A stretch of DNA of 47,693 nucleotides, from the IMG/VR virus record IMGVR_UViG_3300013128_000003, positions 1-47,693 of that record; one strand, 5' to 3'. Origin of the DNA: a virus (lineage: Duplodnaviria; Caudoviricetes). Below are positions 34,799 through 45,326 of this stretch, one piece after another. Each line of letters starts with the position of its first letter. Position 1 is the first letter of the stretch. Position numbers and translations under genes: made by a program. Below the pieces are notes generated by a model, which had not been told where the DNA came from, did not search any database, and saw nothing but the letters and a program-made list of their open reading frames with translations.

Positions 34799-37375
34799 AT
34801 GAGTTTAATTAACATATATAACGAACGGTATGGTACCTCTGTTGCTACTAATGGTAATATAATAGCGGTAGGAAATCCACCAACTAAAAACTGGGATTAT
34901 AACGAAGGATTTTCACGTAGAGGTCAAATATTTTTAATTCGAAAAAATCAATTTAAATCAAATTATCAAGTGATAAAAACACTTTTTAATGAGAATGAAA
35001 ATTTAGTAACCCCTTATTATACTGAACAAAGTAGTAGTACCGTAAATACAAGTTCTTTAATTGCAAATAGCGGAAGTTTACCTAATGTAAATTCATCTTG
35101 TAGTTATTTAACAATTGAAGATTATACAAAATTTGTTTATCAAAGTAAATACGGAGAATCATTGGATATATGTGATTATTTTTTAGCAGCTACAGATACA
35201 TCGTTTACCCAAAGTATAGACAATAAAAACTTTTTCAATCAAAACCAAGTCAACATATATAGAATAGATCCGAATTATGTATATGAAAGTGGTAGTATAA
35301 AAGCTAAATCTTCTGATTTCACCAAGGAAATTGTAAGCACATATGAAGTAAGTTCTACACCAATAGCATATTTAACATCATCGACAAATATTCTGTTTGG
35401 CAAATCTGTCAGTATTTCAAATAATTATTTAGCAGTTGGCGCACCTGGTTTCAATAATAATAGAGGATGTGTATATATTTTTAAAAATATAAACGATAAC
35501 TATAACTTTATACAAATATTAACTAGTAGTGTTATATTAGACCCTTATCAATCGTCATTTGGTTTTAGTGTTTGTATCGACAAATATTCCGAAAATAAAT
35601 TAGTAGTTGGATGCAACCAAGTATCAGCTAGTAAAGTATTTTTGTTTACTTCTGGATCCGAAGGATGGAGAATTTCACAGAGATTTCAAAATATAACCGG
35701 ATCTGAATATTTGAAAATTGAAGGATTTGAATTTGATTTATATCCATCTGGAAGTTTATCAGCTGCGCAAAAAAATAATAGATTTGGTTATTCGGTCTCC
35801 TTACACAAAAATGTATTAGCCATTGGTTCTCCTAATGATCTTTTATATTATGAATATTCAGGATCAAATACATTAAGACAAAGAGGCGCTACTTACATTT
35901 ATGAAAATGGATTGTGTCCTACAGGATCAAACGATTATCTGTTTATAAAGAAATTATACGGAGATGAAATAACTTTCAAAGATAATATAATGGGTTATTC
36001 AGTTTCTACTTTCAACAATAAAGTATTGATTGGATCTCCAAAACCATATTTTCCATTTGGATCTTTATACATCTCAAGCTCAATAAATTATTATGATAAG
36101 TTTTATGATATTAATGATTTTGGAGAATCAAGTTATTGCGGTCAGTGTTTGTATTATAATGTAACCAAATCATTAGTAACACAAATTACTACAGATCCGA
36201 TTGCGAAGAGAAAAGAATACAACAAACCATTTAGTGCGTTTGGATATTCGGTTGCTTTGTCAGATGATAATCTTGTAGTGGGATCTCCTATACCATTAAA
36301 TGATGATTTATATTTGAGTATACCATTTATAACAGAATCAGGAAGTTATAGTGATCCGTCATACGTAAATACATCATCATTTAACCCGGAAAATTGTAAT
36401 GAAGCTTCAGATGTTGTATATTTTCAAATGGAAGATACAGTATATGGAAGCGGAAGTATAGAATCAAAAATTGTGTTTGAAATGGAGGGAGAGACATATA
36501 CAGATATCACAGGAAAAGCTTATATTTACGATAAATTAGATTTAAAAACAGACTATAGTATTGGTAATATTTTCTATAACAATAATACTTTGGTTTTAAA
36601 TAACACAGGAAGTACTTTAAATTTAATAACTAGGGATCCCGTGAATCCAGATTATCCATCGTTGTATATGGATTATAATACTCTTATAACCACTTACGAA
36701 AAACAGTATATTTGTACTATAATGCCTGGTGAATTTAACATTTCAACTAATCCAACATCCGTAACCTCGTCTGTTATAAATTATTGCGTATTTAATAAAC
36801 AGGATTTCAATTTTGAAAATTTAGATATAATACTCAGATATATAAATTATAAAAATATAGTACCAGGTTCAGAAAAATGGTATTTAAATATGATATCTGA
36901 TGACGTTGAACAAAATATATTTGCGTTCTATACATCGTCTTATATCAACTATAATACCAACTTATTAACACCCGAACTTAAAAATATTTTAGCGGAAAAG
37001 AATTTGGATGTGGATAGAGATGGAAAAGTTGATGTTTTTGACGGAAAGATGATATGGAAATATTTCATTGAAAAGTTGAAATTTACAAATTATAAATCAT
37101 ACCTAAATCCGTTAAGCAATCGCAATAATTATGATGATATTAATAGATTTTTAGATGAACAAACTGGAAAATCAAATAAAAATTACGTAAAGTCTAACTT
37201 CTTCAATTATCAATATAGTTCTTCAATTGATCCGACTGGATCCTATTTAGCTCCTTACATTACTACGGTTGGATTGTATAACGGGTGTGATTTAGTAGCT
37301 GTAGCTAAATTAGCGCAGCCAATAAAAAATACGGGTGAAATTCCAATAAATATTTCAGTTAAATGGGACACTTAA
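34799..37375 (+). CDS. FG-GAP repeat beta-propeller structural protein with EF-hand/dockerin-like loop
   Basis: Repeated FG.SV.....L.VG(A/S)P; DVDRDGKVDVFD; C-terminal YITTVGLY...VAKLAQP paralogous to 32944..34062. Confidence 0.85.
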   Translation: MSLINIYNERYGTSVATNGNIIAVGNPPTKNWDYNEGFSRRGQIFLIRKNQFKSNYQVIKTLFNENENLVTPYYTEQSSSTVNTSSLIANSGSLPNVNSSCSYLTIEDYTKFVYQSKYGESLDICDYFLAATDTSFTQSIDNKNFFNQNQVNIYRIDPNYVYESGSIKAKSSDFTKEIVSTYEVSSTPIAYLTSSTNILFGKSVSISNNYLAVGAPGFNNNRGCVYIFKNINDNYNFIQILTSSVILDPYQSSFGFSVCIDKYSENKLVVGCNQVSASKVFLFTSGSEGWRISQRFQNITGSEYLKIEGFEFDLYPSGSLSAAQKNNRFGYSVSLHKNVLAIGSPNDLLYYEYSGSNTLRQRGATYIYENGLCPTGSNDYLFIKKLYGDEITFKDNIMGYSVSTFNNKVLIGSPKPYFPFGSLYISSSINYYDKFYDINDFGESSYCGQCLYYNVTKSLVTQITTDPIAKRKEYNKPFSAFGYSVALSDDNLVVGSPIPLNDDLYLSIPFITESGSYSDPSYVNTSSFNPENCNEASDVVYFQMEDTVYGSGSIESKIVFEMEGETYTDITGKAYIYDKLDLKTDYSIGNIFYNNNTLVLNNTGSTLNLITRDPVNPDYPSLYMDYNTLITTYEKQYICTIMPGEFNISTNPTSVTSSVINYCVFNKQDFNFENLDIILRYINYKNIVPGSEKWYLNMISDDVEQNIFAFYTSSYINYNTNLLTPELKNILAEKNLDVDRDGKVDVFDGKMIWKYFIEKLKFTNYKSYLNPLSNRNNYDDINRFLDEQTGKSNKNYVKSNFFNYQYSSSIDPTGSYLAPYITTVGLYNGCDLVAVAKLAQPIKNTGEIPINISVKWDT

Positions 37376-37404
37376 TTATATTTATTATAAAATAGAACAA
37401 ACAT

Positions 37405-37710
37405 ATGGCAACATCACCAGACGCAAAAGTAATTGATCGTGAATCATTAAAAACAAGCTTGGAAGCTAGATATCGAGCCAAACAAAAAGCTGGTGGCACG
37501 TTTGATGCATATAAATCTGATGCAGATACTCCTGGTAATATGTTGGAAGGCTTGCAAGGTGGACTCGGATATACACAAAAATCACGTGATTGGACCACTG
37601 AACCAGGGTTTAAGACAAAATCTCAGACTATGCAAGAAAATTTCAACAAGAAAGCTTTGAATTATATCGACTCTCAGCCTGGATTTAATACGAATCGATA
37701 TTTTCGTTGA
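37405..37710 (+). CDS. hypothetical protein
   Basis: 101-aa ORF; TATTTATT upstream. Confidence 0.8.
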   Translation: MATSPDAKVIDRESLKTSLEARYRAKQKAGGTFDAYKSDADTPGNMLEGLQGGLGYTQKSRDWTTEPGFKTKSQTMQENFNKKALNYIDSQPGFNTNRYFR

Positions 37711-37722
37711 TATGTATTAAAA

Positions 37723-38223
37723 ATGGTTATATTAGGAATTGATTTATCATCAACAGTTTGTGGATATGCTATTTCTGAGAACGGTAAAATTTCAGATACT
37801 GGATTTATTGATATTTCAAAATATGATACATATAAATCAAAAGCTAATGCAATTATTGATATATTAAAAAATAAATCGTTTGATATAATTCAGGTAGAAG
37901 AAACATTGGCTAATTTTTCTTTTGGAAGAACCAGTCAACAGACAATATTAAAATTAGCCATTAACAAAGCAGTTATATGTTATATTTTAGAAGAATATTT
38001 TAAAGTTAAAATATTGTCTATAAATGTAAATACAATGAGAAAACAGTTATTTGGCAAATGTAGAATTAAAGGAATCAAATCAAAAGACTTTGTTAAACAA
38101 GAACTGGAATTGTTAATACCAGACGTAGTTAACTTCGCTATTAAGAATAAAAAAGGAAATTGGGATGAACGTAATGGCGATATGTATGATGCTGTAGTAT
38201 GTGCATTATATAAAAAGTTGTAA
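37723..38223 (+). CDS. RuvC-like Holliday junction resolvase
   Basis: ILGIDLS..VCGYA, IQVEE, DMYDAVVCA acidic catalytic layout. Confidence 0.85.
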   Translation: MVILGIDLSSTVCGYAISENGKISDTGFIDISKYDTYKSKANAIIDILKNKSFDIIQVEETLANFSFGRTSQQTILKLAINKAVICYILEEYFKVKILSINVNTMRKQLFGKCRIKGIKSKDFVKQELELLIPDVVNFAIKNKKGNWDERNGDMYDAVVCALYKKL

Positions 38224-38245
38224 ATCAAAAAATACGTGTTATGAT
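38218..38245 (+). promoter_or_regulatory. sigma70-type promoter TTGTAA-N16-TATGAT with extended -10
   Basis: TGnTATGAT ends 7 nt before primase ATG 38253. Confidence 0.55.
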
Positions 38246-38252
38246 GGTGTAA

Positions 38253-39164
38253 ATGACTGTAATAGAAACTCTATCAAAATTGTTTAGACATAAAATCCAC
38301 GTACAAAAAGGTGGTGAAGAAGTTTTGGTATTTTGTCCAAGTTGCAAACATCACAAAAGAAAGTTAAATATAAATACTTTAACTGGATATTACCAGTGTT
38401 GGGTATGTGGATTTAGTGGAAAAAGTTTCAATAGTCTTCTAAAGAAAATCAAAGCTCCGGATGAATATTACAAATTACTTTGTAAGAACAATCCCAAAAA
38501 AAATTTGTTTTGCTTAAAAGAAGAAAAAAAGATATTATCTTTGCCCGACGAGTTTAAACCATTATATAGAAAAAATAATGATGTTTCTTACAAGCATGCT
38601 TTAAATTACTGTTTAAGTCGAAACATTAGTACTTTAGATATAGTAAGATATAACATCGGATATTGTGATACTGGCAATTTTGCTAATAGAATAATTGTTC
38701 CGTCTTATGATGTTAACGGTCAATTAAATTTCTATTGTGGTAGATCTTTTTATGATAGTTATCTGAAGTATAGACTTTGTGATGGCAGTAAGGACATAAT
38801 TGGATTTGAAATGTTTTGTAATTTTAATCGACCAATAACTTTAGTCGAGGGAGTTTTTGATGCGATGTCTGTAAAGTATAATGTGATTCCTTTATTTGGA
38901 AAAATGATGTCTAAAAAGTTAAGAATGAAGTTGATGCAAAATCGACCACCAAGAGTAAATGTTCTTCTTGACAACGATGCACTTGAGTCGAGTTTAAAAA
39001 TATGTGAATTTTTATTATCTAATAATATTGAAACTTATTTGGTACAACTAGATGGTAAAGATCCAAATGAAATTGGTCATAAAAAAACTTGGCAAACTAT
39101 CAACAACAGTGTTAGAATAGATGAAACTCTATTGTATAGATTTAAATTAATGAATAAACTATGA
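38253..39164 (+). CDS. DNA primase (Zn finger plus TOPRIM)
   Basis: CPSC...CWVC; RIIVP; EGVFDA; LDND; KDPNE. Confidence 0.92.
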   Translation: MTVIETLSKLFRHKIHVQKGGEEVLVFCPSCKHHKRKLNINTLTGYYQCWVCGFSGKSFNSLLKKIKAPDEYYKLLCKNNPKKNLFCLKEEKKILSLPDEFKPLYRKNNDVSYKHALNYCLSRNISTLDIVRYNIGYCDTGNFANRIIVPSYDVNGQLNFYCGRSFYDSYLKYRLCDGSKDIIGFEMFCNFNRPITLVEGVFDAMSVKYNVIPLFGKMMSKKLRMKLMQNRPPRVNVLLDNDALESSLKICEFLLSNNIETYLVQLDGKDPNEIGHKKTWQTINNSVRIDETLLYRFKLMNKL

Positions 39165-42100
39165 TTGTATTAAAAAATACAGAAGAAAAAATCAATTGCG
39201 TGATGCATATTGCGGATATTCACATTCGATTGACAAAACGACACGACGAATATACTTCGGTCTTTGAAAGATTTTATAATTCGCTTGATAAAGCCAAGAC
39301 ATTAAATACAATTTTAGTTATAGCCGGTGACGTATTTCATAATAAATCCGATCTTAGTCCCGAATGCGTTAAAATCGGAAGCGATTTTCTAAAAAACTGC
39401 GCTAATCGTGTTCCGGTTATTTTAACTGCTGGAAATCACGATGCTACACTAGCTAATAAATCAAGATTAGATTGTTTGACTCCTATCGTAGATAGTTTAA
39501 ATCATCCAAATCTATATTATCTTAAACAGACAGAAGTGTATCGTTATCAAAACATATTGTTTAATAATTTTAGCGTATTTGACGATCCAGATAAATACAT
39601 AAGATACACCGATATTCCATCAAAGTACCGTGATGAAACAGATCATCACATCGCATTATTTCACGGTCCTGTAAATAATGCTGTTACCGATATTGGGTAT
39701 ATTGTTAGCAATCGTGCTATTACAAATGAATTGTTCGATGGTCATCACATTGCAATGCTTGGCGACATTCACAAACATCAAATCCTACAAGAATATGATG
39801 ATGTGGAAAATAAACCACTCATTGTTTATGCTGGATCTATGATTCAACAGAATCACGGCGAAGAGTTAAAGGGTCATGGATTTTTGATGTGGGATTTGAA
39901 ACGTAAGATCTTTAAACACTATGAATTGAAGAATGATTATGGTTTTTATACAATCGAAATTAATAAAGGAAAGCTAATTACAGATATTAGTGATATACCA
40001 AAGAAAGTTCGTATTCGTACACTTTGTTATGAATCCATTCCATCTCAGGTAAAAGAAGTTATAAACGAAGTTAAAAATAAATGTGATATTATCGAAACTA
40101 CATTTAACAGAGTAGACGAACCAAATATTGATTTAACTCTTAAATCCGGCCAGATATTTGATATTCATAATATTTTCGATGTTGACTATCAAAACAAATT
40201 GATTGAAGAAAATCTGATTTCTAAGAATACACCATCTGAACTAGTTTATAAAGTTAGAGAGTTAAATAAAGTTATTAATTCGGAAATTCCAAAAGATAAA
40301 GCTCCAAAGAATATTCGGTGGAAGCCTAAGACTTTTGAGTTTGATAATATGTTTAGTTATGGAGAAGGAAACTTCATCGATTTTACCAAACTAAAAGGTA
40401 CTATTGGACTATTTGCACCTAATGCAAGTGGTAAATCAAGTATTATGGATGCTTTAGCATTCTGTGTATTTGATAAATTCAGTAAGGGTTATAAGGCTGT
40501 ACACGTATTGAATACTCAGAAAATGAGTTTTAAGTGTAAGTTTAACTTTGAAGTAAATGGAGTGGATTATTTTATTGAGCGTGAGGGTAAAGCCGATAAG
40601 AAAGGCAATGTAAAAGTTGAAGTTAAATTCTACAAGATGGAAAATGACAAAGAAGTTCCATTGAATGGTGAAGCTCGTAGAAGTACCAATGATATTATTA
40701 GAGATTATGTCGGTACGTATGAAGATTTTATTCTTACGGTATTGAGCATACAAAATAGCAAGTCAGGTTCTTTCATTGATCTTGGTCAAACCGAACGTAA
40801 AGATTTGTTGTGTCAGTTTATGGGTCTTACTATATTCGATCAATTGTATACTATTGCAAATGATCGTTTTAAAGAAACAAACACGCTTCTAAAGAACATC
40901 AGTAAAGATCAACTAATAGAAGATTTACAAAATGTGTCCGGTAGTATAGATATAAACAATAAAAATATATCTCAATATAATATTGATATCAAAGAACTTG
41001 AAAATAAGAAAGAACAAGAAAATAATAAGTTGTTGGAGTTGTCTAATGATATTATTAAGACCGCTTCATTTGACTTTGATATTACAGAATTAGAATCTGA
41101 AAAGACGCAATTAGAATCTAAGATTTCTAATTTTGAAAGTGATATAAAAGAAAAGAAAGGTAAGTTTATAACTATAGAAAATCAATTGGTTGATCTATCT
41201 TCTTCATTAAAGAGTTGTGAAAATATAGAAACTGATTACGATCAATATAAAGTTTGTAAGGATGAAGAGTCTAAAAAGAGTTCCGAAATTGAAAAGCTAA
41301 AAGTTGTTGTCAAAAATAAAATTGATAAACTAAAAAAGTTAGAAGATCATAAGTATGATCCTAATTGTACATATTGCGTAAATAACGTCTTCGTAAAAGA
41401 CGCAATTAAAACCAAAGAAGAACTTGAACTTGATAAAAACAAAGGTAAAACTTTGGTGGAAGAATACAATGTTATTAAAAATAAGTTGGAATCTTTTGGC
41501 GACATTGAAACCAGATACAAAGAGTGTCAACGTGTCAACAATGAAAAGACTAAGTTAGAGAAAACAAAAGAAGTTTTGTCTACTGCAATATTGCGTGATG
41601 AAAACTACATAATAACACTACAAAATAAGTTAAATGAAGTAAATCGTAATATTGATATTTTTTACAAAAACAAAGACATTATTGAAAATAATGTAAAGCT
41701 ATTTGCAACTATTAACGAGGTTAAATCTGTAGTTAAAAATTACGAATCGGAAATTAAATTGATCAATAACAAACTGTTTAATTCTTCTACTGAAAAAGGT
41801 AAGTTGGAATTGCAGTATAAAAACACTACCGATCAGTTAAATAAAGTAAAGGAATTGGAATCTTCATATGAAGCTTACAAGTTGTATACTAATATTATCA
41901 GTCGTGATGGCATCCCATATGAAATAATTACCAAGACGCTACCTGAAATAGAAAAAGAAGTAAATAATATTCTTCAACAGATTGTAGAATTTACTATTAC
42001 TCTTCAAACAGATGGTAAAAATATAATGACTAACATCGTTTACGATGATAAACGTTGGCCACTAGAAATGGCTAGTGGTATGGAAAAGTTTGTAAGTGGT

Positions 42101-42346
42101 TTAGCTATTAGAGTCGCTTTGATTAATATCAGCAATTTGCCTAGACCAAATATTATTTGTATTGATGAAGGTTTTGGTTGCGCTGATAGTGATCATCTTG
42201 GACAAATGGGTGCTTTATTTAGTTATTTGAAACATCAATTTGATTTTATTTGGGTAATTAGTCACTTGGATCAAATGCGTGATATGGTAGATGAACAGAT
42301 AGAAATAAAAAAAGAAGCTGGATTTAGTAAAGTAGTATATATCTAA
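39161..42346 (+). CDS. fused Mre11/SbcD (gp47) - Rad50/SbcC (gp46) recombination nuclease-ATPase
   Basis: ADIH, GDVFH, GNHD, FHG, GDIH; then APNASGKSS, CTYC zinc hook, SGME signature, IDEG, ISH. Confidence 0.95.
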   Translation: MIVLKNTEEKINCVMHIADIHIRLTKRHDEYTSVFERFYNSLDKAKTLNTILVIAGDVFHNKSDLSPECVKIGSDFLKNCANRVPVILTAGNHDATLANKSRLDCLTPIVDSLNHPNLYYLKQTEVYRYQNILFNNFSVFDDPDKYIRYTDIPSKYRDETDHHIALFHGPVNNAVTDIGYIVSNRAITNELFDGHHIAMLGDIHKHQILQEYDDVENKPLIVYAGSMIQQNHGEELKGHGFLMWDLKRKIFKHYELKNDYGFYTIEINKGKLITDISDIPKKVRIRTLCYESIPSQVKEVINEVKNKCDIIETTFNRVDEPNIDLTLKSGQIFDIHNIFDVDYQNKLIEENLISKNTPSELVYKVRELNKVINSEIPKDKAPKNIRWKPKTFEFDNMFSYGEGNFIDFTKLKGTIGLFAPNASGKSSIMDALAFCVFDKFSKGYKAVHVLNTQKMSFKCKFNFEVNGVDYFIEREGKADKKGNVKVEVKFYKMENDKEVPLNGEARRSTNDIIRDYVGTYEDFILTVLSIQNSKSGSFIDLGQTERKDLLCQFMGLTIFDQLYTIANDRFKETNTLLKNISKDQLIEDLQNVSGSIDINNKNISQYNIDIKELENKKEQENNKLLELSNDIIKTASFDFDITELESEKTQLESKISNFESDIKEKKGKFITIENQLVDLSSSLKSCENIETDYDQYKVCKDEESKKSSEIEKLKVVVKNKIDKLKKLEDHKYDPNCTYCVNNVFVKDAIKTKEELELDKNKGKTLVEEYNVIKNKLESFGDIETRYKECQRVNNEKTKLEKTKEVLSTAILRDENYIITLQNKLNEVNRNIDIFYKNKDIIENNVKLFATINEVKSVVKNYESEIKLINNKLFNSSTEKGKLELQYKNTTDQLNKVKELESSYEAYKLYTNIISRDGIPYEIITKTLPEIEKEVNNILQQIVEFTITLQTDGKNIMTNIVYDDKRWPLEMASGMEKFVSGLAIRVALINISNLPRPNIICIDEGFGCADSDHLGQMGALFSYLKHQFDFIWVISHLDQMRDMVDEQIEIKKEAGFSKVVYI

Positions 42347-42347
42347 T

Positions 42348-43310
42348 ATGTTTGTCTGTGATAATATTAATTTAGTTGGATTTGGTGATTTAAAAATTCA
42401 AATAGACGAAAATGGTGAATTTTGTACTTTTAATAAATTTGATATAAATTATGAATTTTATATTGTTATAAAAAGTTTAGATTCTAATCTAATTTCAAAT
42501 TTAATGTATCATCATTGTCCAATTGGATATGATTTTTGGAAATATAATCACAGTATATATTATATACAAGATGTAATAAATAAAATTCATCCTGGCATTT
42601 GTTTGGAAATATATGATAAAGATAAAAAACAATTAATTTTTTCAAAGAAATATAGATCTTTTTACAAATATAAATGCGTCGAATTGCAGTCAAAAAAGTT
42701 TGATATCACATATCCATCCTATTATACATTTTTCAACGATTCATATTTTTTACAAAATTTTACTGTAAAAGACGGCGACGTTGTTTATGATTTAGGAGCA
42801 AACATAGGTGCTTTTTCAATTGCGTGTTCAAACTATGAAGTTAAAAAGATATATTCATTTGAACCACATCCAGAAATATATGATTGTTTAAATTATAACT
42901 TAAATGTATATGGCAAAAACTGTACTGCCTATAATAGAGCTATTTCTGACAAATTTAAAAAAGTAAAATTTGGAAACACTGAGACAACTGTGGGATCTAG
43001 TATCAATGAAAACGGCACATTTGATGTAGATGTCATTAATCTTGAACAATTTGTTCTGGAAAATAATTTAGAATTACCAACTTATCTTAAAATAGATATT
43101 GAAGGTAGTGAATATGAATTTTTTGAAAATACAAGTGATAATTTTTTTGAAAAAGTTCATAGTATATTTTTTGAATTTCACAATAACAACGGAACAAATG
43201 TTTTAAAAGTAGTAAATAGATTATTAAACTTGGGATTCAAAATGAACCATACTGAAGATGCATTTGATCACAGTATTTCTCATATGAATACTGTATATTT
43301 TATTAGATAA
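42348..43310 (+). CDS. FkbM-family SAM methyltransferase
   Basis: VYDLGANIG, FEP, LKIDIEGSE, FEFH. Confidence 0.92.
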   Translation: MFVCDNINLVGFGDLKIQIDENGEFCTFNKFDINYEFYIVIKSLDSNLISNLMYHHCPIGYDFWKYNHSIYYIQDVINKIHPGICLEIYDKDKKQLIFSKKYRSFYKYKCVELQSKKFDITYPSYYTFFNDSYFLQNFTVKDGDVVYDLGANIGAFSIACSNYEVKKIYSFEPHPEIYDCLNYNLNVYGKNCTAYNRAISDKFKKVKFGNTETTVGSSINENGTFDVDVINLEQFVLENNLELPTYLKIDIEGSEYEFFENTSDNFFEKVHSIFFEFHNNNGTNVLKVVNRLLNLGFKMNHTEDAFDHSISHMNTVYFIR

Positions 43311-43313
43311 ATT

Positions 43314-45326
43314 ATGAAAAAGATTTTATTTATAGCTCCTCATCTTTCTACCGGCGGACTACCTCAATTCTTGTTAAAAAAAATACAATCGTTAATTAAC
43401 GATTATGAAATATATTGTGTCGAATACGACGACATAACCGGCGGAGTATTAGTTGTACAAAGAAAACAACTTCAAAAAATTTGTGGGAAAAATTTCTACA
43501 CATTGTCATCAAATAAGTTTGAATTATTAAAGTTAATTGATAACATAAAACCGGACATTATTCATTTAGAAGAAATGCCTGAATATTTTATGGACGCTAA
43601 TTTAGCAACCAAAATTTATAATAAAGATAGACAGTATTTAATCGTGGAAACTTCGCACGATAGCAGTTTTGATCCAAAACGGAAGAGAGTTTTTCCTGAC
43701 AAATTTACATTTGTAAGTAATTACCAAAAAGTAAACCTTGAATCTTTGGGAGTAAGTACCACAGTAATAGAATATCCTATATCCGTTAAATGTAGAAAAA
43801 ACCGAACAGACGGATTAAAATTTCTGGGATTAGACGAAAACAAAAAACACGTATTACACGTTGGATTATTTACACCCAGAAAAAATCAAAAGGAATTTAT
43901 AGAATATGCTCGATCATTAGAAAATGAGAACGTTCAATTTCATTGTTTAGGTAATATGGCGGATAACTTTAAAAGTTACTGGCAACCTTTATTAGAAAAT
44001 CTACCTAAAAATGTAAAGGTTTGGGGTGAAAGAAAAGACGTAGAAAATTTTTATAGTTGTATGGATCTTTTTCTTTTTACAAGTAGAGGTCACTCAACAG
44101 ATAAAGAAACAGCTCCTATAGTAATTAAAGAAGCTATCTCATATAATATACCATCTTTATTATATAATCTGCCTGTTTATCTAGATAGATACAAAGTATT
44201 CGATAATATAAAATACTTAGATGAAACCAATTTCAATAAAAATGTAAAGTTAATTAAAAAAGAATTGGGGTTAATTTCTGAAGGTGAATTTTTTGATCTT
44301 AAAATCGATAAAAAATCAAATAATGATACAGTCGTAGTCATATCAACACATCCTAATTATAAAGTCGTAGAAGACACAACTTTACAATCTATCAATCAGG
44401 CTAAAAAAGCTGGTTATAAAGTTATATTATCATCACATCATCCTCTTAGCATAGATTTACAAAAAGCAGCCGATTATTGCGTTTATGATGCTAATAATCC
44501 TATATTGAAACATAATTTTTATAACAGATGGAACTATGAAGTTAATAATACGAAAATAAGTTTATACTTTCCACCATCAGATTGTGACAATTATCACGGA
44601 TTAGCCGTTTTGTTAAATTATTACAATGGCATTGCGATGGCAAATAAACTTGGGTATAAGAATACTATTTGTTTTAATTATGATATAATAGTTTCAGATT
44701 TAGATTTTAATAAATTATACGATGTAGACGAAATTCTACAGTATAAAAAAGGATTTTTCTTTTACAACAAATCACTAGAGGGTGACACATTTAAAACTGT
44801 TTTTCACGCCATCAATACTAAATTCTTTTTAGATGTATTTGAATATTCTACACCAACTTCTTATATGGAATTTGTTAATAGAAAAAATATATCAAATGGT
44901 TTAGAACAATATTACTATAACAAATTGATCTCAAATAAAGATGAGTTGTATATTGACTATATAAACGATGAGGAAAAATATTTGAGTAACAGTCAGAATA
45001 ATTTGTTTTCTATGGTAGAATATCTTTCAGTATTAAAGATGAAAGATCAAAATAAATTTGCAGTATTTACTTATGTCAATAACAAGATAGACGACAGAAT
45101 AAATGAAATTCTAATTAAAAAGAATGGCAATTTAATTAACAATTACAAATACACTATCTCTCAAAAGTCGTGTTTTTATTTACCAAATGATTTTCAAAAT
45201 GATAACTTTTATGAAATTGAAAATAATCTATATGATAAAAATAAAATTTTATTAAAGAGTTATAAAAAATCGTTTAGAAGACTTGAAGACATAGATATTA
45301 ATGGTTTTATAGATATTAAGCAATGA
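43314..45326 (+). CDS. GT4-type glycosyltransferase with additional C-terminal domain
   Basis: PHLSTGGLP, VGLFTPRKNQ, DLFLFTS...ETAPIVIKEA. Confidence 0.85.
   Translation: MKKILFIAPHLSTGGLPQFLLKKIQSLINDYEIYCVEYDDITGGVLVVQRKQLQKICGKNFYTLSSNKFELLKLIDNIKPDIIHLEEMPEYFMDANLATKIYNKDRQYLIVETSHDSSFDPKRKRVFPDKFTFVSNYQKVNLESLGVSTTVIEYPISVKCRKNRTDGLKFLGLDENKKHVLHVGLFTPRKNQKEFIEYARSLENENVQFHCLGNMADNFKSYWQPLLENLPKNVKVWGERKDVENFYSCMDLFLFTSRGHSTDKETAPIVIKEAISYNIPSLLYNLPVYLDRYKVFDNIKYLDETNFNKNVKLIKKELGLISEGEFFDLKIDKKSNNDTVVVISTHPNYKVVEDTTLQSINQAKKAGYKVILSSHHPLSIDLQKAADYCVYDANNPILKHNFYNRWNYEVNNTKISLYFPPSDCDNYHGLAVLLNYYNGIAMANKLGYKNTICFNYDIIVSDLDFNKLYDVDEILQYKKGFFFYNKSLEGDTFKTVFHAINTKFFLDVFEYSTPTSYMEFVNRKNISNGLEQYYYNKLISNKDELYIDYINDEEKYLSNSQNNLFSMVEYLSVLKMKDQNKFAVFTYVNNKIDDRINEILIKKNGNLINNYKYTISQKSCFYLPNDFQNDNFYEIENNLYDKNKILLKSYKKSFRRLEDIDINGFIDIKQ

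Noticed and set aside
43308-43316. In-frame TAA between FkbM and the glycosyltransferase as a readthrough fusion
   Set aside because: A proper ATG follows (MKKILFIAPH, a normal GT-B start) and both domains are complete alone.
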